Positions 32,980 through 44,142 are shown, numbered from the stretch's first letter. The stretch is 54,881 nt of DNA from Sanchytrium tribonematis (GCA_018985235.1 JADGIG010000010.1:1-54881), one strand, 5' to 3'. Program-made: numbers and translations. Notes: generated from the letters alone by a model not told the origin.

Positions 32980-35900
32980 CTAGCTCTGAGTAGGAGCTCG
33001 TCGCTTATTGTTTTTAAATGCATCTCCAGTCTTCATGCTTTCAAACAATTCATCCATAACACCTTTGCGCTCAGGGCCGTCCATAATTGTACTTTCTTGG
33101 TGTTTGAGTACAGCAGATTGCTGAGTCTTCATTATTTCAACTTTGAGCTCAGGAATTTTCAAGTTGTCTCTTTTAGCCTTTGCATATAGATTAAAAAATT
33201 GTGAAAATGTTCCAAAAAAGGTCTCTGGAGTAGCGAGTTTTGGATCTTCGCCAAAATATTCAATGGTCTGATCAAAAGAGGCTTTCATGTCACTCTCCAT
33301 CTTCTGTAAAGATTTGAGGTGCTTCAAGTTTAAGTCAATAAAAGACCGCATGACAATGTAAAAACGATCTTCTGGCGAACTTGGAGGATCGTGATTAGGA
33401 AGCTCATTTTCAATATCTCGAAATCCTTTCTCGATCTCTCTAACATCTGCGGCTATAGTTTGTAATTGAGCTAAATTAAAAGCAAATACCCTTGGCAACT
33501 TTTTCAATTTCAGGGAACTCAGTCTCAAAATTATCGATTTCTGGGAAAGACTTCTGAATGACATAAACCAAGTAATTCATCATGCTAATTTGAGGGTTAG
33601 AAGATTTGATATTAGACAATTTAGGAAGCAACTCAATTGAAAACCCATAGGCTCCACCTCTGGTTGAATCTGCGTTCAAATAATTTCCTACCGCCAAAAC
33701 CACCTCAAAAACTCTTCGCAGTTTCTTTGACTGAAATAATTGATTTGCCGCTTTCGAAATCATTTCTATTTGGGGTCTTGCATCTTCTATCCTCTCATTC
33801 ATTTTTTGCTTAAAAAGCAAAGCTTTTAATCGCTGTTCACATCTTGGCACTAGCAACAGTGCACAGACAAACTGCTCAGCTTTATCTAATTCAGCAATTT
33901 TTTTCTCTCTTTCATCTACTGGAGAAGTTACATATTCATGAAATAAGTCAGACTCGTCTGTCGACGGTATAGCTCCTAAAAATTGATTGATTAGCTGTTC
34001 ATTAAGCTTTTCTTCTTGTACCTTAATAATTGTCTGCGTAATTTCCGAGTTGCTCATTTTTATTCTAGCAAGAACGATTCCAATATTGTATGATTTTTTA
34101 GAGTCTAGCAAGGTTATTCCCTTTTTTGCAACTGGCAACATCAAACCGACACCTCCAACCGGAGTTTTCTTAGAAGTATCGACATTTTGAATGTCCACTT
34201 TTGCTGCTTTGGCTGCGAAGAGATCTTCTAATTCGTCAAGGTTCATCTTATTCTTTCTGATGGCCTCCTCTGATTCAGGAGTAACATTCTTCCAGAATGT
34301 TTTCATGACAGAATTGTTATTAATTTTGTTCCATTGCAATTGTCGTAGTTTGTTCTTTGGTTGAATTTTCTTTTTTGGTGGTAAACCTGAAATAACAGCG
34401 GGGCCCGCACCAGGAGGGCCTGGAGGGCCTGGCGGTCCGCCAAGTCCTGGAGGAGGTGGAGGGCCACCCATAGCAGGCGGCGGTGGAGGTGGCGCGTTGC
34501 TATTGAGTGGGGGTGGCGGCGTAGTGTTTGTTTCCTCTACTGGGGCAGAGTTTGCTCCTTTTGATGACATGCCAATTTTGATACCATATTGACGGAAAAA
34601 ATCTATAAATTCTGTTTTTTTAGAATCGTCCAGATTTCCAATAGTTGGTATGGAATCGATAGATAATGCGTTAAACTTTTCTAAAGCTTCTTGACCAGTC
34701 GATTGAATTTTTTCTTTTAAATCGCTATTTTCCTTTTCATACTTCTCAATCTTTGACTGCATTTCTGCCAAGACAAGAGTGACTTTATTTTCTTTGTTGT
34801 CTTGTAGGCCTGATATGAGATCTTTGTATTGTTTTCTTTCCTCTGCCAAAATTCTTTCTACCTCTGCCAATTTTTCTACGGCCTTGGAAGACCCTGATTT
34901 GGATCCTTCTTTGAGAGTTTCTAATTCTTGCATCTTTTCATTTAAAATACCTTGCAGCTGCTGTTTAAATTTTTCAGCTTCTAAAGTGACACGTTTAACT
35001 TCCTCATTTTTCCCTGCGATCAAACCTTCCATCTGAATTAATGATTGAGTCTGAACTTCAATGTGTTTTCTTAATTGGGCTGCGTCACCAACTGCTTGCT
35101 CGTACTCCTCTTGTTTAACAAGCGACTCATAGACAGATTTCATCTCTATAACATTTGGCTTATCAACTTGTGGGTAAGGATCAAAAACAATTTGCTTCAA
35201 AACTTCGTTTATAATTCTCCAAAATTTCGCCCTTCGAGGGACATCGTTCGGTAATAATAGCAAATATTTGAGAGTTTTTTGAAGCCAGCTATATGTGAAA
35301 TAGTCAGCGTTAACTCTCTTGAGCTCTTGAAATAAGTCATCTGGATCAGAAATGTCAATACTTACAATATCTTTCATGTCTTTAAAAAATACGGTATCCC
35401 TATCAGCTTCCTCTTTGTAAATATCAAGCTGAGTTTTAAGCTCTTTATCGTCCATCTTTTCCATACTTGAAAGTGCTTTGGTAACACCTAAGTCAAGAAA
35501 CTCGAATCTAACGCCTAATCTGTTGACATTGTCTTCTACGTTGTTAATTATGGCATTCATAAAAGTGATTGCAGCTTTTTGAAATTCTACATCCAAATTT
35601 CTGTTAACCAGGTCTTCCATAATGCTTAGGAATCTGAAGGACTCTCTTTTTGTTCTTTGCACCTTAGTCATAGAATCGAGAACCAAATTGTGTCCATTAG
35701 GTACAAAGCAAATAGCCGCTAATAGATTAAGAACGATATTCTTTGCAGCGATTTCTTCACAATCGTAGCAGAGAACAAGTAAGTAAATAATATCCGGATG
35801 TTGGAGCACTGATTTTAATCCGATGGAATTATTTAAACAAGCCTTCATGAATCTAACACAATTTTGAATGATAGGAAGATCATCAGAGATTGGAACGCGT

Positions 35901-36331
35901 TTTACACACGATTTTTTCATAACGTTGATCACTACATCCAAACCTTGTTTGTCAATAAATTCTTTCACGTATGATAGAGGTTCTGTTCTCATCGAAATTT
36001 CCAATGACTGAATTCCCTTCGAAAGAGTTTTTGGATCTGTAGCAGTGACAATAGTATCCAATTGTTCTTCAAGAGGTGTTTTTTTGGCACCTTGGCCAGG
36101 AGTCGCCTCTATTTTGTTTTCGTCCCTTTTCTTATTTCTACTTAACATCACCCATTTCTTTTCCAATGGTAGATCGCGCATTGCTTGTAGTTTTTCATTT
36201 GGTAAACCAAGTTCGGCCAACATCTTTTCAAAATCTTCTTTCCATTCATCCTCAGGGGGAATGTTTTTTACTTTATCATTTCCAAGCTTGTCTTGACTCT
36301 GAGCTATTTCGTTTCCTTTTTTCTTTCCCAT
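32980..36331 (-). CDS. Diaphanous-related formin (GBD/FH3-coiled coil-FH1-FH2-DAD); 2 exons (36331-33490, 33470-32980)
   Basis: Poly-Pro FH1; FH2 motifs LQWNKI and LAVGNYLN...RGGAYGF; DAD GVMDELFESMKTGDAFK. Confidence 0.95.
33471..33489 (-). other. 19-nt intron GTATTTGCTTTTAATTTAG
   Basis: Joins the FH2 halves in frame (VAKAQLQTI). Confidence 0.93.
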
Positions 36332-36444
36332 TGATTAAAAATCTGACCTTTTTCAAAAGCCTCAAACTGTAACATATACTCACAAAATTGATCTCGATGA
36401 AACCATAAAATTTATTAACTATCATCTATTTGAATTCTTAAGTC

Positions 36445-38271
36445 TTAACTGGCTGAAGGCTGAGTTTGTGCTGGTTGTTGAGCTGATTGCTCCATTCCCA
36501 TTCCAGGAACTGGTGGTCCCATACCAGGAACTGGCGCTCCCATTGGCCCTGGTTCTCCCACTGGCATAGGGCCGTTTTCGGGAATCGGCTCTGCCATCGG
36601 CATCATAGGCCTTCTGCGACATTTTCTTCGTAATACTTTTCTGCATTTTCCACCAATTGGCATTCCACCAGGCATCATTGGCTCGTGAGCAGGACTAACT
36701 AAAGGTCCACCAGGCATTCCGCCCTCTGGCATTGGTTCTCCCATTGGTCCACCGGGCATTCCTCCTTCTGGCATTGGCTCTCCCATTGGTCCACCAGGCA
36801 TTCCTCCTTCTGGCATTGGCTCGTGAGCGGGACTAACCATAGGGTAGCCAGGTACGTTTCCACCTGCAGGACTAACCATTGGGCCTCCTTCTGGCACCGG
36901 TTCTCCCATTGGACCTCCCGGCATGCCTCCTTCTGGCATTGGTTCATGAGCAGGACTGACCATTGGGCCACCAGGCATCCCACCCTCCGGCATTGGTTCT
37001 CCCATCGGTCCACCAGGCATACCTCCTTCTGGCATTGGCTCGCCACCTGGCATCATCGGCTCATGAGCAGGGCTGACCATTGGGCCACCAGGCATTCCTC
37101 CTTCTGGCATTGGTTCTCCCATCGGTCCACCAGGCATTCCACCCTCCGGCATTGGTTCTCCCATCGGTCCACCAGGCATACCTCCTTCTGGCATTGGCTC
37201 CCCTCCGGGCATCATTGGTTCGTGCGCAGGGCTGACCATAGGGCCACTCTCAGGCATAGGGGGTCTAAATCCATAGCCTTGATTCATAGGCGATACCATA
37301 GGTCCACTTGGCATAGGTTCACCCACTGGCATTCCACCTTCTGGCATTGGTTCGTGAGCAGGACTAACCATGGGTCCTTCTGGCATGGGCTCTCCCATTG
37401 GCATTCCACCTTCTGGCATTGGTTCGTGAGCAGGACTAACCATAGGTCCCTCTGGCATGGGCTCTCCCATTGGCATTCCACCTTCAGGCATAGGTTCATG
37501 TGCTGGTAATACCTCAGGTGCTGGAGCTGGTCTATACCCATAACCCTGTGCAGGCAATATAACTGGCTGTGGTTCAATAGCGGGTACACCTTCAGGTTCA
37601 GGTACTGGTCCTCCAATGGGTCCTCCAATAGGTCCTCCAACAGGACCGCCAATTGGACCACCGACTGATCCAGGTCCAGTCACAACTCCGGGATTAACTG
37701 TTGTAGGATTGTTAGCTTGAGGTGGTGTATTACCTCCTGGTATTGCACCAGCACTTCTCATCACTCTGCAGCATAAAATTCTTTTCATTCGGCATTCGAA
37801 GCCACCACATTGTACTCCACGAACAACTTCGCCACTCGAGCATGTCATTTGATCGGAAAAAACTTCTGACCATCGGCAAAGAGGGGCTGAGTTTCCAACA
37901 ACTGGTATATTGTTTTGTGATGAGGAAAATACAGCACATGCCAAAGAAAGTCCATTACAGCCATCGCCGTAACATTTTGAGCCAATTACTGCAGCCCCTG
38001 GTGGGCATTGCGCGTAGCCATTTCCTCTATCAGTTCCAAAAATGTGAGTCCAAGATGGAGTATTCCAAGCATATTGCTGTCCTTGAGAATCGATAAATCC
38101 ATCACAGCCAACTCCAACTCCGCTGCAACTATCTCCCAAACATTGTAATCCTTGCATGAAAGCATTAGGTGGGCAGATTGCTTGAGGTGCTGCGGGGATA
38201 TATTGTAATGCGCCTTGAGACGTTAGGTCCATGACACTGTAAGCATTAATTAAAGTCGCAATCATTAACAT
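36445..38271 (-). CDS. Secreted protein with Cys-rich N-terminal domain and Gly/Pro/Met/Glu repeats
   Basis: Signal-like N-terminus, three Cys-rich subrepeats, then PMGEPMPEGGMPGG / PMVSPAHEPM repeats. Confidence 0.85.
   Translation of the reverse strand: MLMIATLINAYSVMDLTSQGALQYIPAAPQAICPPNAFMQGLQCLGDSCSGVGVGCDGFIDSQGQQYAWNTPSWTHIFGTDRGNGYAQCPPGAAVIGSKCYGDGCNGLSLACAVFSSSQNNIPVVGNSAPLCRWSEVFSDQMTCSSGEVVRGVQCGGFECRMKRILCCRVMRSAGAIPGGNTPPQANNPTTVNPGVVTGPGSVGGPIGGPVGGPIGGPIGGPVPEPEGVPAIEPQPVILPAQGYGYRPAPAPEVLPAHEPMPEGGMPMGEPMPEGPMVSPAHEPMPEGGMPMGEPMPEGPMVSPAHEPMPEGGMPVGEPMPSGPMVSPMNQGYGFRPPMPESGPMVSPAHEPMMPGGEPMPEGGMPGGPMGEPMPEGGMPGGPMGEPMPEGGMPGGPMVSPAHEPMMPGGEPMPEGGMPGGPMGEPMPEGGMPGGPMVSPAHEPMPEGGMPGGPMGEPVPEGGPMVSPAGGNVPGYPMVSPAHEPMPEGGMPGGPMGEPMPEGGMPGGPMGEPMPEGGMPGGPLVSPAHEPMMPGGMPIGGKCRKVLRRKCRRRPMMPMAEPIPENGPMPVGEPGPMGAPVPGMGPPVPGMGMEQSAQQPAQTQPSAS
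36655..37505 (-). repeat. Coding imperfect tandem repeat array
   Basis: Recurring CCTTCTGGCATTGGTTC / CCACCAGGCAT units with synonymous variation. Confidence 0.9.
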
Positions 38272-38407
38272 GTGGAAGAAGCTCTGGTTTTATCTTCCAT
38301 TTAGACCTTTGATATCTATTGTGCGCAGTACATCAGACATTTTCACCAATCAAAATAATTTTTAGGAATCTCAGACCTGAATAAATTTTAAATCGAATAA
38401 TTTGTTT

Positions 38408-39559
38408 TTACTGTTTTGTGGCAATAATAAATAATAATAAAGTCAAGTGAGAGTAAAGTAGCAAAGAGGATGATTGCTGGTTACTTGGAAATACGTTCCA
38501 ACAATATTCAATCGTAAAAAACAATACCATTCGAATAAATAGATTTCCATATTTTTTGTTTGTGAAGCTGCAATTCCACAGAAGGTAAGGTATAGTGTGA
38601 TAGTACCACGAATAAAATTGAAAATGTAATGATCTTGCGAATAAAATACCAACAAAATTGCTTGAAAATAACGCAAATATTATTTCGTCAGCAGTGGGAA
38701 TACTTTGACCATTAGACCCATGAAACCCGCGCTTGAAAGTGTTCCATATTCCTCCTGACGATTTACACCAAATCTGTACGAATATTAGTAAAATAGTTAA
38801 ATGGCCTAAAAGTAGTGTTCGACTAAATTCTTTGGACGCAAACACATCTTCATTCACAATTTTCCAATTAACAGACCAGATATATTCGAATTGCCTTTGA
38901 AAGTCAAATGCTTTGGTAAAGTATGATTTGGGATATGTTAGAATAAAAGGTGCGGCCAAAAATAATTGGATTCCAATCATTCTGATTATGTGTCTAAATG
39001 TCAAAAAGGCTCCCTCGCATTTCCAAAGAATCAAAGCAAATCCTGGGAAATAAAGCAAAACATTCATCTTAATTGACAATGCCAAAGAGAACAAAATCGT
39101 GCTCATATTATATTTGCTTTTAAGAAGACAAAGTATCGAAGCATATAGAAAAAGCATAGCCACTGGATCATTAAAGCATCTGAGTACATATATTGAGTGA
39201 ATTCTTTTCGATAAACTAAAAAGGATGATAGGAACCTTACTGCTAGAGTGCTCGTAGATTTTCAAGACTAGAATCAGATTCAAAATATAAATACCAGCGA
39301 ATCCAATTTGTACTAATATTTTTGAGAGTCCTGCAACATAAAAAATTCCAAAGGAATAAAGAAAACCTGCGGGGTAGACCAATGGTCCAGAATCTCCATA
39401 TATCTTTGAATATTCTCTTTCTCCATTCCATACTTTTTCGACCTGTTGCATATAGGTGCTGAAATCAATTTCGGTGTATGGAACCCGGTATATGATTGCC
39501 AAGTTGAATAGCAGCTCAAATATAATTAAAATAGCGATTCGATGTCTTTTCGAATTCAT
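38408..39559 (-). CDS. ALG3: Dol-P-Man alpha-1,3-mannosyltransferase
   Basis: Motifs VPYTEIDF.TYMQQV, GPLVYPAG, SKRIHSIYVLRCFND and RSLHFQFYSWY. Confidence 0.96.
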   Translation of the reverse strand: MNSKRHRIAILIIFELLFNLAIIYRVPYTEIDFSTYMQQVEKVWNGEREYSKIYGDSGPLVYPAGFLYSFGIFYVAGLSKILVQIGFAGIYILNLILVLKIYEHSSSKVPIILFSLSKRIHSIYVLRCFNDPVAMLFLYASILCLLKSKYNMSTILFSLALSIKMNVLLYFPGFALILWKCEGAFLTFRHIIRMIGIQLFLAAPFILTYPKSYFTKAFDFQRQFEYIWSVNWKIVNEDVFASKEFSRTLLLGHLTILLIFVQIWCKSSGGIWNTFKRGFHGSNGQSIPTADEIIFALFSSNFVGILFARSLHFQFYSWYYHTIPYLLWNCSFTNKKYGNLFIRMVLFFTIEYCWNVFPSNQQSSSLLLYSHLTLLLFIIATKQ

Positions 39560-39846
39560 TGTTTCACAATGTCTGCAAATAATTTATATCATTTTGATTC
39601 GCTTCCAGGATTCAACCGCCAATGAATGCACATGGAAATTGTCTCTTGGTTTGTATGTAGAAATTTTACAGCCAATGATAAACGTGCAAGATTTTTATTT
39701 ATCATCAAACTATTTGGGAAGAAGAAACACTTTTGTATTTAGTCCGCCAATCCACAGGCTGTTTGGAGACTTTACACTGAATAAATTTACAGAATTTTAT
39801 TGTTCATGATACTTTGTTTAAAGTAAGACACAATTCCATTCAAATT

Positions 39847-40173
39847 TTAAAGACCTTCAGAATTATTTGTAAGATTTTGATCAAATAAAATTTCACCCAT
39901 TATTCCCATTTTCCTGAGGCTTACGACCAGTGCCATCACAAAAGGGTCCTTAAAATTGCTAATGCTTTTGTCAAGAAACAGTTTTTCAACTTCAACTTTA
40001 CCAAGAATAATGCCGGTGGCAAGGATATTGAATTCAAAAGGACTAATTACAAGATTGTAATTTTTTACTAATTCAGTATGGCAAAATGAGACATACAATT
40101 CAGAAAAAGATTTTCGCATCAAGGAGACTTCCCACCCTGACTTTAGATGCTTAATTGCGACATACATATACAA
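39847..40173 (-). CDS. Possible hypothetical protein (108 aa)
   Basis: ORF only; fills an otherwise empty gap; no recognisable motif. Confidence 0.3.
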   Translation of the reverse strand: MYMYVAIKHLKSGWEVSLMRKSFSELYVSFCHTELVKNYNLVISPFEFNILATGIILGKVEVEKLFLDKSISNFKDPFVMALVVSLRKMGIMGEILFDQNLTNNSEGL

Positions 40174-40267
40174 ATTATATATAATCTAGAGATTTGGGTG
40201 ATCTTGATCAATATTCTCTTGTATTTAATATCCAAGGAGGAATCCCTCAAACAATTGACTCATTGCA

Positions 40268-41378
40268 ATGGTAAGTTAATTTGGCAGATGCTTAACCACG
40301 ACGGTCTTCTGAATTTGATGACAGCAATGTGGCAACTGACAATATATACTAACGTAGAGCTCGAAATCACTTGACAAATCATACAATGAAAATTTGAGAC
40401 TCCGAAATGACGTGCCACTACCACCCGACGGATTTCTTATTGAAGACCTTTCGGAATGGTATGATGTTGAAATCAAAGAAAGACTGGTTACTAAATCTTC
40501 AATAACTGCAGGAGATGCTTTTACAATTGGAGCTTTGATTGAAGAGCCTATTAACCTCTTTAAATTGGGAATAGCTGGGGATTTTAATGAAATGCCACCT
40601 AATCAAGTAGATATACCCGAAACCGACGCAATATTCTTTCATAACAAAAGCAATCGATTTGTCGAACGGAAGGAACAAGATGTCAGTTGGATGCGGAAAT
40701 CGAATCAGATTCAGGAATCTAGGGTCAACAGGGAGTCAATTTTAGACAAATTAGGTAAAGCCAAAAAAGAAGAGAAATTTGTGAAAGATATCAAAAGCGT
40801 TATAGCCTCGTCTTTTGAAGCTAAGGTGCCCTCCGTTCATCCTAAGACTAAGAAGAAAGCCAAAAGAGTCATTCCTTTGCATCCTTATTTCCAAAGTTTC
40901 GGACCAGAATACCAACAGTTTACGTTTCCAGATGGTGTTGATTTGGATGAAAATGAGGAGGAGCGACACTTGAACACTGTTATATTGAAACCCATCAAAG
41001 ATCATTATGGGCTTTTTAAATGTGGTCCAGAACACTCTGAAATAATGCTCAAGTGTAGAGAAGAGGATAGAGATCTTGCAAATGAAATTATTTATTCTAA
41101 GCACCGAGATTACCAATCGGACAAGACCGATTCGAACGAATCTAAATTTCTTAATATTGTTGTGCAAGATAAACATGCATATTATATACCTGTTCTGAAA
41201 AGGAATACTATGAGAAAAACAAGAGTATTTTACTTTTACTTAGCGTTCGAGGCACGAGAATAAAATTGATAGAAAGATATTTGTTAAATTTGAGCATCCT
41301 ATAGGTGATGAAAAGCGCAACTCGCTGTTGGATTTAGGGATCAAAGAGCAAGATATCCGCAAATTTTCAATAAATTGA
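40268..41378 (+). CDS. PAF1: RNA polymerase II-associated factor Paf1; 3 exons (40268-40270, 40358-41224, 41244-41378)
   Basis: Motifs RLRNDVPLPP, VSWMRK, I.SSFE...HP.TKK and AYYIP. The long ORF lacks an in-frame ATG unless the ATG at 40268 is spliced on. Confidence 0.75.
40271..40357 (+). other. 87-nt intron with GTAAGT donor, TACTAAC branch site and TAG acceptor
   Basis: ATG|GTAAGT...TACTAACGTAG|AGC gives MSSKSLDKSYNENLRLRN in frame. Confidence 0.88.
40281..40342 (+). ncRNA. Intronic box C/D snoRNA, snR73/SNORD35-like
   Basis: Degenerate C box (CAGATGC); guide CACGACGGTCT at 40297-40307 complementary to LSU rRNA AGACCGUCGUG; D' CTGA at 40309, C' TGATGA at 40316, D CTGA at 40336; TTG/CAA terminal stem. 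Confidence 0.85.
41225..41243 (+). other. 19-nt intron GTATTTTACTTTTACTTAG
   Basis: Matches the consensus; opens 44 more codons to TGA at 41378. Confidence 0.85.
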
Positions 41379-41408
41379 AAATGTCCGTTTGTATCACAAA
41401 CCCCGCTT

Positions 41409-42338
41409 ATGATCAAAACTTCTACGATCACCATCCCGGCTTTATTGGTGGGAAGTACGTTGGCTGGAAGCTATTTTAATCCTCAATTGAAACATTTTTA
41501 CTTGCTTAGCTACCAACATAAGGCATTGTATACGACCGGTGTAAATGATTTATTATTTGTTTCTTTTTACGTTTGCGTTTGGTTATTGGTAAGGCAAATG
41601 GTCATGCAGTACGTTCCTTGTCAATTCATATCTAAAGGCAACCGAAATAGATTCAAGGAACAAGTTTATGCGTTTTTGATGTACTCTTTCAGCTTTGGCT
41701 TTGGAATGTATTGCGCATGGAATAGCAAATGGTTTAATAACTACTCTCATTTCTTCATTAAATATCCACATCGCTATGTATCTGGAGCACTAAAAACATA
41801 TTATTTGTTAAATATGTCGTTATGGATTCATATGATCTTTGTATTATTCATGGAGAAAAAAAGAAGTGATCATTACCAGATGTTGGGACACCATGTTGTC
41901 ACTGTTGCACTAATATTGACATCTTGGTATTTAAATTTGACCAGAGTTGGAAATTGTATATTTATTCTCTTTGATTCTGCTGATATATTATTAAGTTTGG
42001 CAAAGTGCCTAAATTATGCAAAATTAAGCAAATTATGTGACGGTGTATTTTTGATGTTTGTTGCTGTTTGGGCTTATACTCGACACTATGTGTTCTTATA
42101 CGTGATGTATGAAGCAATTCATTACCTTGACTATGAGCCATATAAATGGAACCCTTCAAAAGGAGAGTTTGGTAATGTTTATGTACATGCTGCTTTGGTT
42201 GGTTTGCTTTTGATTCTTCAAGTTCTTGCGCTCTACTGGTTTTGGCTTATTATAAAATTGCTCATAAAAGTTGCTAAAGGTGTCCATGCCAAAGATTCTA
42301 GAAGCGATGATGAAGATAGTGATAGCAAAGAAGATTAA
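41409..42338 (+). CDS. Ceramide synthase (Lag1/Lac1, TLC domain)
   Basis: Motifs RFKEQ, KTYYL and EKKRSDHYQMLGHHVVT...D.ADILLSLAK.LNY; ends AKDSRSDDED. Confidence 0.93.
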   Translation: MIKTSTITIPALLVGSTLAGSYFNPQLKHFYLLSYQHKALYTTGVNDLLFVSFYVCVWLLVRQMVMQYVPCQFISKGNRNRFKEQVYAFLMYSFSFGFGMYCAWNSKWFNNYSHFFIKYPHRYVSGALKTYYLLNMSLWIHMIFVLFMEKKRSDHYQMLGHHVVTVALILTSWYLNLTRVGNCIFILFDSADILLSLAKCLNYAKLSKLCDGVFLMFVAVWAYTRHYVFLYVMYEAIHYLDYEPYKWNPSKGEFGNVYVHAALVGLLLILQVLALYWFWLIIKLLIKVAKGVHAKDSRSDDEDSDSKED

Positions 42339-42377
42339 ATGTAATAAACAGATCAGTTTGTTGGCACCTCTTTTTAT

Positions 42378-44142
42378 TTAAGAAATCAAAAACACAAATA
42401 GAACGATAAGCAGAAATGTAAATGGTGCAACAATAGCCTAAATAAATACGAAATACCAGCCAAACTGCGGCTACTAATAATTTAAAAATGATTTCCAAAG
42501 CTACGAAAATGACCAATGCAGTAAAAAAGAAATATAGAAACCCTACGATTGACCTTTTCGTCAAACTCTGATCGCCTTTCATCAAAGAGACCAAATCGGT
42601 TTCATTTACAGGCTCGTCTACAGCGAAAGGAGCCTTTCCCCAGTGCGTGGCTTTGTAAGCCCATGTAGCTAAAGCTGCTGTTGGTAGAAGGACTAAACTC
42701 AACAAAGTTAAGCTAGATCCTCCAGTCAATTTTTTATATAGATCGGTCACAAATGGCAAAACGACTTGGAAAGTCAAAATAGTCCACAGGATTTCAGTGA
42801 TTGCGTAAAAAGCCAATGTTGCCACTTTCACTCCTAGTACCAATATGTCGTCAAAGAAATTGAAAGACGCTTGTAAAAATCTTAATACAACACTAACAAG
42901 GAAAACAGATATTTTCTTGGTACCTTGTTGGACTGCAGTCAAAGCGCTTTTTAGGGCATCCTTTACAGCGTCCAAGCCAGTGTGATTGCTAGGTAAAGTA
43001 TCATCCAAAGTTTGCAAATGGTCGAAAATTTCACTGCTGCTTTCTCCCTCAAATTCCATAAGCTTTCCATTTTGAGCTACGACGTTCATCAGGTATTGGC
43101 CCTGAGGTGCTGGTGATTTGATTTGTTCTGCTTCTTTTGGGACTTGTCCATGTAGAACTTTTTCAATTGAATCAACTTTTTGGGCAAGATCTCCCTTTAA
43201 TTTGGTCAACTGCTCAATCGTTTTGGCTTCATTTGCTTTAATGTATTTTGGAGATTCGTCTCGGACGTTCAGTATGTTCTTTTCCAGCCATTGATGACTA
43301 CGCACAACATCTCCCCACGCAAAGAATGCCTTGACTGCATTAAACACCTTGACCAAAGTCAATCCAATTTGCTTCAATACCCATCCAACAGCTCGGAACG
43401 CATTTTTGATTCCGTTTAACAGAAATTCTTTGATTCCTTGCAGAGTTTTAACGACAACTTTAATAAATCCATTTTCACCATCTGCTTCCAAATGAGCTGA
43501 TTTTACATCAGCATCAAGAATATCATCCATATTTGTATTTCCTTTGTGCGTTGATTCCTTGAAGTTTTGCAAAGCAGTCAAGCTTCTAACTACCTGGTCT
43601 ATATTTTGGTTTTTGACACCTTGAATATCTGACAATTGCTCAGCATCAGTTCTTGAAACCCTAGTCAAAGCATCTTTGGTTGGGTCAACAATGTCTTCGT
43701 CATCCATCCAGACTGGAGCTACTTTGAACTTTGGGACGTATCCACTTTCATCAACAATAAATGACAAATCTGCATTTCCATTCTGTGCTGTCTCTACGAT
43801 GACACTATCGTACGGGCTCAATGTTGTTTGCTTTGGGTAACCTGTTGTACCATCCAAATACAAGATTTCTACCTGTTTGGATCCAGTATTGCTAAATTCC
43901 ACGGGCGCATCCCCCACAACATTTTCACCACTTTTTACCAACACACTCAATTTGTGCACCAATAATTCATCAAGATCTTTGTTGTAATCATTCATCAGAG
44001 TGTTACCGGTTGCGAATGTGTAATCAGCATCCTTAACGCAATACCCTCTCACAGAGTTGTACGAACTTCTACAACTAGCGCCTTTGTAAACAAAACCATC
44101 ATTTTCAGCAAATGGTGCAGCTAATACAATTGTTGCTAACAT
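42378..44142 (-). CDS. Uncharacterised secreted/membrane protein with hydrophobic C-terminal half; probable 2 exons (44142-42457, 42437-42378)
   Basis: Short signal-like start, amphipathic middle and several hydrophobic helices. Splicing ends the gene at 42378 and removes the apparent overlap with the ceramide synthase. Confidence 0.8.
42438..42456 (-). other. 19-nt intron GTATTTCGTATTTATTTAG
   Basis: Matches the consensus; gives a hydrophobic last exon AIVAPFTFLLIVLFVFLIS* followed by AATAAA. Confidence 0.85.

Noticed and set aside
36655..37505. CRISPR-like or satellite array
   Set aside because: The repeats are in-frame coding units with synonymous variation and no unique spacers.
36823..37509. 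228-aa His/Trp-rich ORF on the + strand
   Set aside because: It is the antisense shadow of the Pro/Met/Gly repeat gene.
41381..41479. Upstream ATG or 16-nt intron (GTACGTTGGCTGGAAG) at the ceramide synthase start
   Set aside because: The candidate lacks the AT-rich TNA(-8..-6) consensus, and the ATG at 41409 already gives a plausible N-terminus.
42298..42377. Overlap between the ceramide synthase and the 614-aa ORF
   Set aside because: It disappears once the 42438-42456 intron is removed.
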